From Rubricoccaceae bacterium (lineage in GTDB: Bacteria; Bacteroidota; Rhodothermia; Rhodothermales; Rubricoccaceae): a stretch of DNA of 58,434 nt. Positions 35,193 through 44,015 of the stretch are shown here, piece by piece (the first letter of the stretch is position 1; each line of letters opens with the position of its first letter). Both the position numbers and the translations under genes were made by a program. The stretch lies in contig DASWMO010000138.1 of assembly GCA_036399715.1 (NCBI GenBank), positions 1 through 58,434 of the forward strand, written 5' to 3'. The notes beneath the pieces are model-generated. The model saw nothing but the letters and a program-made list of their open reading frames with translations. It ran no database searches and was not told the DNA's origin.

Positions 35193-36311
35193 GTGACCCG
35201 CCCAACGCTCCGCCGCGCGGCCTTCGTCTGCCTCGCGCTCCTCCTCGCCGCCGTCGTCGCCGTTGCGCTCGTATGGCCGCCACCGTCGAGGTCCTCCAAG
35301 GCGCACGTGGTCGGGCCGGACGGCGAGCCACTCGTCTCGACGTTCTCGATCGTCGCCGTGGACACGACGACGGGCGAGATGGGCATCGCGGTCCAGTCTA
35401 AGTTTCCCAACGTCCGCGCGGTCGTGCCGTGGGCCGAGGCCGGTGCGGGCGCGGTCGCGACCCAGAGCTTTGCCCGAATCGATTACGGCCGCCGCGGCCT
35501 CGTGCTGATGCGCAACGGCGCGACGGCCGACGAGGCCCTCCGCATCCTCATCCACGAGGACCCGCACCCCGAGCAGCGACAGGTCGGCATGGTCGACCTC
35601 CACGGAAACGCGGCGACGTGGACCGGGTCTGAAGCCTTCGACTGGCGCGGCGGGCGTGTTGGCGCACCGGGCGGGACCGTTCGCGCGGCCGGGCCAGGCG
35701 AGGTCGTCGTCGGGCAGGGTTTCACGGTTCAGGGCAACATCCTCGTCTCGGCCGAGACCGTCGACGCGATGGCGGCCGCGTTTGCCGCCGCCGAGGGTCG
35801 GCCGCTCGCGGCCCGGCTTCTCGCGGCCCTCGTCGCCGGCGGCGCGGCCGGCGGCGACCGCCGCGGCGAGCAGTCAGCCGCGCTCCTCGTCGTCCGGCCC
35901 GGCGCGGGCTACGACGGCTCCGACACCGTCGTCGACATCTCGGTCTACGACCACCCGACGCCCATCGCCGAGCTCGCCCGCCTCTACGCGCTCAACGACC
36001 TCTACTTCACCGACACGCGCCCCGAGAACCTCATTCCGGTCACGCCCGAGATCGCCCGCGAGATCCAGACGATCTGGCGCGCGCGCGGCTTCTCGCACCA
36101 CGCCGCCGACGGCGTTGTCGACGCCGACTTCCAGCGGACGCTCGTCGACTTTATGGGCTGGGAGAACTACGACCTCCGCGTGGACGAGGTCCAGCGTGTG
36201 AATCTCGCCGCAGGCGAGACCTTGAAGATCGACCGCGAGGTCCTCGCCGACATCCGCGACGTGTTCCAGCACGGCCGCTTCCGCCCCGGCCCGCTCGCCC
36301 CGCTCCCCTGA
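35193..36311 (+). CDS. DUF1028-family (Ntn-hydrolase-fold) protein with C-terminal peptidoglycan-binding-like region
   Basis: It has a GTG start and an N-terminal TM/signal segment. STFSIVAVD..TGE.G.AV.S is the hallmark DUF1028 N-terminus. Confidence 0.7.
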   Translation: MTRPTLRRAAFVCLALLLAAVVAVALVWPPPSRSSKAHVVGPDGEPLVSTFSIVAVDTTTGEMGIAVQSKFPNVRAVVPWAEAGAGAVATQSFARIDYGRRGLVLMRNGATADEALRILIHEDPHPEQRQVGMVDLHGNAATWTGSEAFDWRGGRVGAPGGTVRAAGPGEVVVGQGFTVQGNILVSAETVDAMAAAFAAAEGRPLAARLLAALVAGGAAGGDRRGEQSAALLVVRPGAGYDGSDTVVDISVYDHPTPIAELARLYALNDLYFTDTRPENLIPVTPEIAREIQTIWRARGFSHHAADGVVDADFQRTLVDFMGWENYDLRVDEVQRVNLAAGETLKIDREVLADIRDVFQHGRFRPGPLAPLP

Positions 36312-36315
36312 CGCC

Positions 36316-36645
36316 GTGCTCTACTCGTCTGCCTTCTACCGCGACGACGCCGACGAGTTGGGCGGCGCCCCGTTCGAGCCCGTCCTCGAACGGCGGGCGC
36401 GGCTCGTCCAGCTCTCGCCCATCGCGGCCGTCCGCGCGTGGCTCCGTGGCGACTTCGGGCGCGGCGACGAGGACGCACTGTGCACGGCGATCCGCCGCGA
36501 TCCTGCCGTCGCGCTCACCGACGACGAGATCGTCTCGGTCTTCTACGAGGTCCTGGGCGAGGACGACTTCCGGCCCACCAAGGCCGAGGTTGTGCTGACG
36601 GTGCTCCGCGAGGCCGTCCAGTTCCGTCTCCCGGAGCGCCGGTGA
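36316..36645 (+). CDS. Hypothetical small acidic protein
   Basis: The GTG lies 5 nt after the upstream stop, and the stop overlaps the next gene's GTG (GTGA). Third-position GC is high. No family recognised. Confidence 0.45.
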   Translation: MLYSSAFYRDDADELGGAPFEPVLERRARLVQLSPIAAVRAWLRGDFGRGDEDALCTAIRRDPAVALTDDEIVSVFYEVLGEDDFRPTKAEVVLTVLREAVQFRLPERR

Positions 36646-37256
36646 CGCCGCTCGCGCCCGTCACGCTGCGCGGTGCGGCCGTCGTGCTTCAGCCGCTCAC
36701 GGCCGGCCACGCCCCGGCGCTGTGGCGCGTGGCGCAGGATCCCGAACTGTGGCGGTGGACCCTCTCGCAGGTCTGCTCGCCCGCCGACCTCGACGCATAC
36801 ATCGAGGCAGCGCTCGGCGCGCAGGCGGCAGGCACGGCGCTCCCGTTCGCCCTACGTGTCGGTGGGCAGGTCGCGGGCAGCACGCGCCTCGCCAACGCTG
36901 ACGTGCCAAATGGGCGCATCGAGATCGGGTGGACGTTCATCGGGCAGCCGTGGCAACGGACAGTCGTCAACACCGAGGCCAAGCTCCTGCTGATGCGGCA
37001 CGCCTTTGAGACGCTCGGGGCGCGGCGCGTCGAGTTCAAGACGGACGCGCTGAACGTTCGGTCCCGGGCCGCCATCGCGCGCCTCGGCGCGACCGAAGAG
37101 GGCACGCTACGGCAGCACATGGTGACGGCGTCCGGTCGGGTCCGCGACACGGTGTACTTCTCTGTTCTCGCGTCCGAGTGGCCGGCCGTCCAAACGCGGC
37201 TCACCGAGCGGCTGGACCGGTTGCCGGCTGCACCCGACGCGACCTCAACGGCGTAG
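36642..37256 (+). CDS. GNAT N-acetyltransferase, RimJ/RimL-like (Acetyltransf_3)
   Basis: It has L.PL...HA..L......DPELWRW, IEIGWTFIG...QRT..NTEAKLLL..HAFE.LGA.RVEFKTD..N..SR.AI.RLGA..EG.LR.H, and then YFS.L..EW. Confidence 0.8.
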   Translation: MTPLAPVTLRGAAVVLQPLTAGHAPALWRVAQDPELWRWTLSQVCSPADLDAYIEAALGAQAAGTALPFALRVGGQVAGSTRLANADVPNGRIEIGWTFIGQPWQRTVVNTEAKLLLMRHAFETLGARRVEFKTDALNVRSRAAIARLGATEEGTLRQHMVTASGRVRDTVYFSVLASEWPAVQTRLTERLDRLPAAPDATSTA

Positions 37257-37283
37257 AGAGATTCTCACCACCCCCGCCTGTCC

Positions 37284-37439
37284 ATGTCTGCACGTTCGAA
37301 CGCCGCCGGTGGCGGTATCGGCCTCGGGACCGTCGTCGCGGCCGTCCTCTCGTGGAGCGCCAACCACTCGGTCCTGTGGCTCATCATCCACGGGTTCCTG
37401 GGCTGGTTCTACGTTCTGTACTACTTCCTCTTCCGGTAG
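37284..37439 (+). CDS. 51-aa small membrane protein (below the ORF-track length cutoff)
   Basis: Hand translation gives MSARSNAAGGGIGLGTVVAAVLSWSANHSVLWLIIHGFLGWFYVLYYFLFR*. It has two hydrophobic helices and high third-position GC. It resembles a widespread small-protein pattern (..LSWS.N.S.LW.I.H....W.Y..YY). Confidence 0.5.
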   Translation: MSARSNAAGGGIGLGTVVAAVLSWSANHSVLWLIIHGFLGWFYVLYYFLFR

Positions 37440-37498
37440 GGCCGCACGGCACATCGGGCGCGGCGCGGCGTACGGGCGGCACACCTCCCGCCCCGACG

Positions 37499-38779
37499 AT
37501 GCCCCTCGCCCTCGACCGCTCGCGCGCCCTCCCCTTTCTCGACGCCGCCGACCGCGACGCCCTCGACGCGCGCGTGCTGGACGCCCATCGCCGCGTCCTC
37601 GACGGCGCCACGCGCAGCCCCGAGATGCTCGGCTGGCGCGACATGCTCCTCACGCCCGACGACGCGCTCCTCGAATCCGTCGCGAGCCTCGGGGCCGAGA
37701 TCCGCGAGCGGGCGGACGTGCTGCTGTGCATCGGCATCGGCGGGAGCTACCTCGGCGCCGAGGCGGTCATCGGAGCACTGCGCCCGCCGTTCGACTCGAC
37801 GGGCCCCGAGATCCTCTTTGCCGGCCACCACCTTTCGCCCGAGTACCACGCGCGCCTCTTCGAGCACCTCGCGGGCAAGAGCGTCTACGTCAACGTGATC
37901 TCGAAGTCGGGGACGACGCTCGAGCCGGCGCTCGCCTTCCGCCTCGTCCGGGCGTTCATGGAGGAAACGTTCGAGGACGCCGACCGCCGCATCATCGCCA
38001 CCACCGACGCCGCGCGGGGCACGCTCCACGACCTCGCGGCTGAGAAAGGCTACCGCTCGTACGTCATCCCGGACTCGGTAGGCGGCCGGTTCTCGGTCCT
38101 GACGCCCGTCGGGCTCGTGCCCATCGCCGCGGCAGGCATCGACGTGCGGGCGCTGTTCTATGGCGCTGTCGCTGATGCCCGTGAGACGCTCGACGCGGAC
38201 GCCGGGCACCCGGCCATCCAGTACGCCGGCGACCGCTTTCTCTTCCACGAGGCGGGCTACAAGACGGAGATCCTCGCCGTGATGGACGCGAGCCTCAAGG
38301 GGATCGGCGCGTGGTGGCAGCAGCTCTTCGGCGAGTCTGAGGGCAAGGAGCACAAGGGCCTCTTCCCGGTCGTCCTCCAGTACACGACCGACCTCCACTC
38401 GGTCGGGCAGTACGTCCAGCAGGGCCAGCGGTCGCTCGTCGAGACGTTCCTGCGCCTCGACGACACTGACCGCGGCCTCGTCGCACCGATGCTCGATGGC
38501 GATTCGGACGGCCTGAACTACGTCGCCGGGCGGCCGATGGGGTACGTCAACGAGCAGGCCTACACGGGCACGGCGGACGCGCACGCCGAGGGCGGCGTCC
38601 CTAACTGGACGATCACGCTCCCGCGCCTCGATGCCGAAACGGTCGGGCGCCTCATCCACTTCTACGAGCATGCCGTCGCCGTCTCGGGGACGCTTCTCGG
38701 CGTCGACCCGTTCGACCAGCCGGGCGTCGAGACGTACAAGCAGAAGATGTTCTCGCTGCTTGGCAAGCCGAGCGCGTGA
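37499..38779 (+). CDS. pgi: Glucose-6-phosphate isomerase (short, Bacillus/Thermotoga-type)
   Basis: It has IGIGGSYLG, ISKSGTT.EP, GGRFSVL..VGL and LFGESEGK at the active-site region, followed by HS.GQ..Q.G. Starts at MPLALDR (ATG at 37499). Confidence 0.93.
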   Translation: MPLALDRSRALPFLDAADRDALDARVLDAHRRVLDGATRSPEMLGWRDMLLTPDDALLESVASLGAEIRERADVLLCIGIGGSYLGAEAVIGALRPPFDSTGPEILFAGHHLSPEYHARLFEHLAGKSVYVNVISKSGTTLEPALAFRLVRAFMEETFEDADRRIIATTDAARGTLHDLAAEKGYRSYVIPDSVGGRFSVLTPVGLVPIAAAGIDVRALFYGAVADARETLDADAGHPAIQYAGDRFLFHEAGYKTEILAVMDASLKGIGAWWQQLFGESEGKEHKGLFPVVLQYTTDLHSVGQYVQQGQRSLVETFLRLDDTDRGLVAPMLDGDSDGLNYVAGRPMGYVNEQAYTGTADAHAEGGVPNWTITLPRLDAETVGRLIHFYEHAVAVSGTLLGVDPFDQPGVETYKQKMFSLLGKPSA

Positions 38780-38844
38780 CCGGACCAGCCTCGACTCTGC
38801 GCTCGGCTGCGTATCCCCGAGGCGTCGTAGAGCCCCAAAAAAGG

Positions 38845-39250
38845 CCATCCACACCGTGGAGAACGGTGTGGACAACCGGGACTGTTTCGGGGACCTCTGT
38901 GGAAACGCCATGGGGTGCCCCGGGAGGCCTCCGAGTCAAGCCCCGCGACTCCCCGGGCTGCACCCGGGTTGCCCACACGCCGCCGATGTGGGTGCGTGGG
39001 TGGGCTAGACACGGGGCGTGGATGTGGACAGGTGTGGATACGTGGACAGCGCTCCCGGTAACACTCCGGACACACGCTGTCGCGGCATCGGGCGCCAGCC
39101 CGAATGTGGACGCGCCCGTGGACAGAGGGGTGGGTTGTCCACGCCGGGGCGGTTGACCGGGGGCAACTCGGGTTGTCCCCATGTCCACACGCTCTACTAC
39201 TACCTCTTCTTTCCTTACTTATTAAAGAGAAGAACAGAGAGGCGTGGAGA
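38845..39250. other. Candidate chromosomal replication origin (oriC-like): DnaA-box cluster plus an AT-rich unwinding-like element
   Basis: The region lies in a 552-bp gene-free interval. Boxes with at most 1 mismatch to TTGTCCACA or TTATCCACA on either strand are TGTGGACAA 38867, TTGCCCACA 38969, TGTGGACAG 39023, TGTGGATAC 39033, TTGTCCACG 39135, TTGTCCCCA 39173 and ATGTCCACA 39181. Six more have 2 mismatches, at 38845, 38855, 38898, 39041, 39105 and 39117. The stretch 39192..39240 (CTCTACTACTACCTCTTCTTTCCTTACTTATTAAAGAGAAGAACAGAGA) is 17/49 G+C by my count, against a very GC-rich background. Confidence 0.6.
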
Positions 39251-39331
39251 ACCCGGCTGGAGGGGCCAGTAGGGCTAGACCGGTGTAGACCACGAGATGC
39301 CAGCGTGATATAGACCGCTCGTACTTCGTGA

Positions 39332-41917
39332 TCACCGCCAGTCGATCCGCTCGACCCGCTCGCCGTCTGAGCGGAGCCAGACCGCCCCCGTATCGGCCGT
39401 CTGCACGACGTCTGCTCCAGCAGCGAGCCACCGGGTGACGGGCTCCTCGTCGGGCAGGCCGTGGCGGTTGCGGCGGGAGACGGAGACGACGGCGTAGCGC
39501 GGTGCCGTCCCGGTCGTCCGTGCCGAGACGAGGCTCGCGCCCGGACGCACGCCCGAGGCCGCCGCGACGAACGGAACGGACGAGCTTGTCCGCGAGCCGT
39601 GGTGCCCGACCTTGACCACGTCGGCACGGAGCAGGTGCGCGTAGCGGGCGACGATCTCGGCCTCTGCGGCCGTCTCGGCGTCGCCGGCGAAGAGCCAGCG
39701 CGTGCGGCCGTACTCGACGAGGATCACGACGCTCGCCTCATTTGCCTCGCCCGCGTCAGCAAGGGTCCGCGACGGGCCGAGAATGCGAATCCGAACCGAC
39801 GGGTCGAGGCGGAGTGCATCGCCGGCCGCAGCGGTCTGCGACGCCACGCCGAGCGAATCGGCGAGGCGCAGCGTGCCGGTCCACATCTCGGAGCCATCGC
39901 TCTGCCCGTTGTGGACCAGTAGTCCGACCGGGACGGCCCGCAGGACGGCGTCGAGGCCGCCGATGTGGTCCGCGTGCGGGTGCGTCGCCACGACGGCGTC
40001 GAGGTGGCGGACGCCCATCCGCGCGAGGTGCGGCACGACGGTCCGGGCACCTTCGTCGCGCGTGTCTGCCCGCTCGCCGGCATCGATGAGCAGCGTCCGG
40101 CCGTTGGGGAGCGTCAGCAGGCACGCATCGCCCTGTCCGACGTCGAGAAACACGGCGTCGAGGTGCGGGCCGGCGTCGCCGTGGAAAACCGTCGTCCACG
40201 ACCCGGCTGCGACGAGTGCGACGGAGGCGAGCACGAGGCGCCGCCGCACGGCCGGGCGCGACGCGAACGCTAGCGTCAGCACGAGGCACGCGAGAGCCGC
40301 GAGCGTGAACCGGCTCGTCACGAACCGTTCGACGGTCAGCCCGCCCATCCGCTCGGCCCCGAACGTGCTCACGGCGAGCAGCCCCCGAACGAGGACGGCC
40401 GTCGCGGCTCCGAACGCGTTGGCCGCAGCCGGCCACCAGCCCGCCGTCGCGGCCGTGCCGAGGCTCGTCCCGAGTGCGGCCGATGTGAGCGGGATCGCAG
40501 GCACGTTGAGCAGGATGCCCGAGAGCGGCAACCGCCCGAAGACGGCGAGCAGGATCGGGCCCGTCGCGAGCGTGGCCACGGTCGAGGCGACGAGCGACGA
40601 TGCCAGCGCCCGCCGCACGGCCCCGCGCGTCCACGCGTCGGGCAGCCACGACGTGATGGCCGGCGTGCACGCGATGAGCGCCGCGACGGCCGCGAACGAC
40701 AACTGGAAGCCGACCTCGAACAGCGCCGCCGGCCGCCACAGCAGCAGCCCGACGGCGGCGAGGCCGAGGCTGTTGAGCGCGTCCACGCGCCGCTCCATCG
40801 CCCGCCCGACGACGAGGGCGGCGGCCATCACGAACGCCCGCACGACGGGCGCGCCCGCCCCGGCGACGACGACGTACCCGAGCATCACCGCGAGCGTCAC
40901 GGCCGTCCGCGTCCACTCGGCCGTGCGGCGTGGCAGACGAAGACGCCGCAGGAGGGGGCCGAGCAGGCCGTAGAGCGCGAGACCGACAAAGACGAGGTGC
41001 AGGCCCGAGACGGAGAGCAGGTGCATCAGGCCCGTCTCGCGGAACGCCTCGACCGTCGACTCCTCGAGCCCACTCCAGTCCGCGACGACGAGCGCGAGCG
41101 CGACGGCTCGCGCCTCGGGCGTCGGGATGTGGCGGGCGACGGCACGGCGCACGTGCCGCTGAACGGCGAACGTGAAGCGGTCTGCCCAGCCCGTCGCGGG
41201 CGCGAGAAACACGACGGCGTCCTCGGTCTCGACCGTCAGCCGCGCCACGACGCCCTGCCGGGCGAGGTGCGCGCCGTAGTCGAAGTCCGCCGGGTTGCGG
41301 CGCGGCGCGAGAGCCGCGAGGCGGCCCGTCAGGCGCACGCGGTCGCCGATGCGCAGGGCCGGGTAGACGGGTGCGGCCGGGGCGGGTCCGCCCCACGCCG
41401 GGGCCTGCGGGAGCGCGAGGGCGACCTGCACCACTCCCGAGATGTGCCCCGCTGCTTCCGCGCGCTGCGCCGAGTCCGCCTCGGCCGTAAACCGGATGCT
41501 CCACTCGGACGCCACGGGCACGCTCGCGACGCGCGCCCAGATGGTCATCGGGGCCGACGTGTCCGTCTCGCGCCCACGCACGGCGTCGGACATCTCCGAT
41601 GCGACGGCAGCGGCCGCACCGAGGCTGTCGCGCGGCGGCGTGCGGAAGGCGGCCGTCCGCGCCGCCCCGAGACCTGCCACGCCGCCCACGGCGACGGCCG
41701 CGACGGCCAGCGCGTGGAGCGTCACCATCCGCTCGCGCGCCCGAACGGCGTAGACGCCCGCCGCGACGGCCAGTCCGACGACGGCGGCGAGGAACGCACC
41801 GGCCGGGACGCCCGGCAGCGCCTCGGCGAGCCCGACGCCGAGTGCAACCGCGACGGCCGCGACGAGAAGCGGGCGAGACGCGAGGCGGAGCGGGGCAGGC
41901 GGCGGCGTGAGCGGCAT
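39332..41917 (-). CDS. comEC: DNA internalisation competence protein ComEC/Rec2 (with C-terminal metallo-beta-lactamase domain)
   Basis: The 861-aa polytopic protein has a competence domain (..TGLMHLLSVSGLHL..). Its MBL region is FLDVGQGDA.L........LIDAG followed by THPHADHIGG. Confidence 0.9.
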   Translation of the reverse strand: MPLTPPPAPLRLASRPLLVAAVAVALGVGLAEALPGVPAGAFLAAVVGLAVAAGVYAVRARERMVTLHALAVAAVAVGGVAGLGAARTAAFRTPPRDSLGAAAAVASEMSDAVRGRETDTSAPMTIWARVASVPVASEWSIRFTAEADSAQRAEAAGHISGVVQVALALPQAPAWGGPAPAAPVYPALRIGDRVRLTGRLAALAPRRNPADFDYGAHLARQGVVARLTVETEDAVVFLAPATGWADRFTFAVQRHVRRAVARHIPTPEARAVALALVVADWSGLEESTVEAFRETGLMHLLSVSGLHLVFVGLALYGLLGPLLRRLRLPRRTAEWTRTAVTLAVMLGYVVVAGAGAPVVRAFVMAAALVVGRAMERRVDALNSLGLAAVGLLLWRPAALFEVGFQLSFAAVAALIACTPAITSWLPDAWTRGAVRRALASSLVASTVATLATGPILLAVFGRLPLSGILLNVPAIPLTSAALGTSLGTAATAGWWPAAANAFGAATAVLVRGLLAVSTFGAERMGGLTVERFVTSRFTLAALACLVLTLAFASRPAVRRRLVLASVALVAAGSWTTVFHGDAGPHLDAVFLDVGQGDACLLTLPNGRTLLIDAGERADTRDEGARTVVPHLARMGVRHLDAVVATHPHADHIGGLDAVLRAVPVGLLVHNGQSDGSEMWTGTLRLADSLGVASQTAAAGDALRLDPSVRIRILGPSRTLADAGEANEASVVILVEYGRTRWLFAGDAETAAEAEIVARYAHLLRADVVKVGHHGSRTSSSVPFVAAASGVRPGASLVSARTTGTAPRYAVVSVSRRNRHGLPDEEPVTRWLAAGADVVQTADTGAVWLRSDGERVERIDWR

Positions 41918-42090
41918 GGCAGCATCGGAGGACGCCCGCCAAGACTCGCCGCAGTGCTCGATCTAACCCCACGCGTGCTGCGGTCCACACAGCGAAGACA
42001 GCCCGGGTCACCGCCCGCTTCTCCCGCTCTTGACCCTGTCCGCGGCGGGCCTCCGGCTATCTTCGCCGGTCCCCGCTCTCTGATCCCGCC

Positions 42091-42693
42091 GTGCCGTCCC
42101 AGCCGCCCCGACCGAGCAAGCGCCGCCAGGTGCGCGAGCGCGTCCTCCAGGCGCTCTACGCCTTCGAGCTCAGCGGCGACGACGCCGAGCACGTCCTCAA
42201 GACGGTCATCACGCCCGCATTCGAGGGCGAGCGGACCTACAGCGACTTCGCCCGCAAGCTCTTCCTCCGCGCCGCCGACGCGCGGACCGAGGCCGACACG
42301 CTCGTCGAGCGGCACCTCCAGAACTGGGAGCTCTCGCGCCTCGCACTCACGGACCGCCTCGTGCTCTGGATCGCCATCGCGGAGTTTCTCTACTTCGAGG
42401 ACATCCCGCCGAAGGTGACGCTCAACGAGGCCGTCGAGGTCGCGCGCGCGTTCGGGTCTGACAACAGCGCGGGCTTCGTCAACGGCGTCCTCGATGCCGT
42501 CCTGAGCGACCTCCGCGCCGCCGGCCGGCTCAACAAGTCGGGCCGCGGCCTCGTCGATGCCGGCCCGCGCGTCGTTCCGCCGGTCGAGGCTCCTGAGGAG
42601 GCCCCCGCCGAGACGCCCGCCGCCGACCCCGCCGCGCCTTCCGAGGAGCCGGCGCCCGTTTCCGAGGGCGCGCCCGCCCCGGGCAGCGTCTAG
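42091..42693 (+). CDS. nusB: Transcription antitermination factor NusB with Pro/Ala-rich C-terminal extension
   Basis: It starts at a GTG. The product has R.VRERVLQALYAFEL, W.LSRLA..DR..L.IA..E.L.....P.KV..NEAVE.A..F......GFVNGVLDAV. Confidence 0.88.
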   Translation: MPSQPPRPSKRRQVRERVLQALYAFELSGDDAEHVLKTVITPAFEGERTYSDFARKLFLRAADARTEADTLVERHLQNWELSRLALTDRLVLWIAIAEFLYFEDIPPKVTLNEAVEVARAFGSDNSAGFVNGVLDAVLSDLRAAGRLNKSGRGLVDAGPRVVPPVEAPEEAPAETPAADPAAPSEEPAPVSEGAPAPGSV

Positions 42694-42697
42694 CGCC

Positions 42698-43405
42698 GTG
42701 GCGCTCTACGCCATCGGCGACGTCCACGGCTGCGCCCGGACGCTCGACGCGCTCCTCGCGGCCATCGCCGAGGACGTCGCGCAGCACGACGGCCGCCCGC
42801 TCTCGCCCGACGATACGCTCGTCTTCGTCGGCGACTACGTGGACCGTGGGCCGGACGCGCCGGGCGTCCTCGACCGCCTCCTCGCCCTCGAAGCCGACGC
42901 GGACGGGCCGATTACCGTCGTGCTGCGTGGCAACCACGACCAGATGATGCTCGACTACGCCCTCGGCATGGGCGACACCGAACTGTGGTGGGCCAACGGC
43001 GGCCGCGCGACGCTGGACGCCTACAGCGCCCGCGGCGACACCCGCATCCCCGAAGCGCACATCGACCTGCTCCGGCGTTCCGGACTGGCCTTCGAGCCCG
43101 GCGGCGACGCGGCGGGCTTCGTGTGCGTCCACGCCGGGCTGGACCCGCGCCGGACAGTCGCGGACAACCTCGCGCACCCGGACCCGTCCGTCGTGCTGTG
43201 GACGCGCGCGCACCTCGCGGCCGACCTCTCGCTCTGGGAGCGGACCGTCGTCTGCGGCCACACGCCCGCGCCGGACCCGATCTCCGAGCCCAATCTGATT
43301 CGAATCGACACGGGCGCGTGCTTCTTCGACCGACCGGGTCTTGGAACGCTTACCGCGGTTCGGCTGCCCGAGCGGCGCTTCGTTCAGGTCCACTACTGCG
43401 GGTAA
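42698..43405 (+). CDS. Metallophosphoesterase (PPP-family Ser/Thr phosphatase 1 / ApaH-like)
   Basis: The GTG at 42698 gives ALYAIGDVHGC. It also has FVGDYVDRGPD, LRGNHD and GHTP. Confidence 0.8.
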   Translation: MALYAIGDVHGCARTLDALLAAIAEDVAQHDGRPLSPDDTLVFVGDYVDRGPDAPGVLDRLLALEADADGPITVVLRGNHDQMMLDYALGMGDTELWWANGGRATLDAYSARGDTRIPEAHIDLLRRSGLAFEPGGDAAGFVCVHAGLDPRRTVADNLAHPDPSVVLWTRAHLAADLSLWERTVVCGHTPAPDPISEPNLIRIDTGACFFDRPGLGTLTAVRLPERRFVQVHYCG

Positions 43406-43409
43406 ACAA

Positions 43410-43934
43410 ATGTTGACCCGTACGTTCTGGCTTCTTGCCTTTGTTTTTGGCGTCACCGTGTCCCCATCTGCTCAGGGCCGCCTCGTCAACCCCGACGCGC
43501 AGGTCTACGGCGGCGTCGGAATCGGGAAGGGCATCGGCGTGACGCTCGTTGGGTCATCGCCGGTCTTGGACCTGTTCACGCGTGAGGCGTCGCTCGGGCT
43601 CGTCTACCGACCGGGCGGCGGCGGGGAGAGCAGTCGCCTCGTCGGCTCGGCCGGTCTGGGCGTCGGTCTTCGGCTCTTGCGCGTGGCGTCCGTCGCCCGC
43701 TCCCGCGGCATCCCGACGGGCGACCTTGACATCGGGCTGCGCGTCGGGCCGTCGTTCTCGGCTGCCCTCGGCACGCCGACAGAAGGTCAGCGGGCGCGTG
43801 CCTTCGCGGTCTTCGCGGACCCGTTCGTGCGGGCGAGCCGCCGCGTGCGCGGACGCGAGGCGTTCGCCGAAGTCGGCCTCCACGCGCCCGTTCTCCGTGT
43901 GGGACTCACGTCCCGCTTCGGGAGCGAGCGGTAA
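43410..43934 (+). CDS. Hypothetical secreted protein, possibly a small outer-membrane beta-barrel
   Basis: MLTRTFWLLAFVFGVTVSPSAQG is a signal peptide. Alternating Gly/hydrophobic strands follow. No family recognised. Confidence 0.45.
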   Translation: MLTRTFWLLAFVFGVTVSPSAQGRLVNPDAQVYGGVGIGKGIGVTLVGSSPVLDLFTREASLGLVYRPGGGGESSRLVGSAGLGVGLRLLRVASVARSRGIPTGDLDIGLRVGPSFSAALGTPTEGQRARAFAVFADPFVRASRRVRGREAFAEVGLHAPVLRVGLTSRFGSER

Positions 43935-44015
43935 GGCGCAGCGCTTTTCGCGCCGACTCCCCTGCCGTGCGCGCGTGCGGCGGCTAGACTCGGGCATTCT
44001 CTCTCCGGTCCACCC

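Noticed and set aside
38652-39627. ORFs 38662..39627 (-), 38652..39188 (-), 38776..39156 (+) and others across the pgi-comEC gap
   Set aside because: They overlap pgi or comEC in the wrong frame or strand. They cross the AT-rich element and have no protein-like features. The DnaA-box cluster explains the interval better.
39756-42011. 751-aa minus-strand ORF, plus the plus-strand ORFs 39702..40973 and 40997..42418
   Set aside because: They are alternative frames or the antisense strand of comEC. They are extremely Arg-rich. comEC (39332..41917) explains the region.
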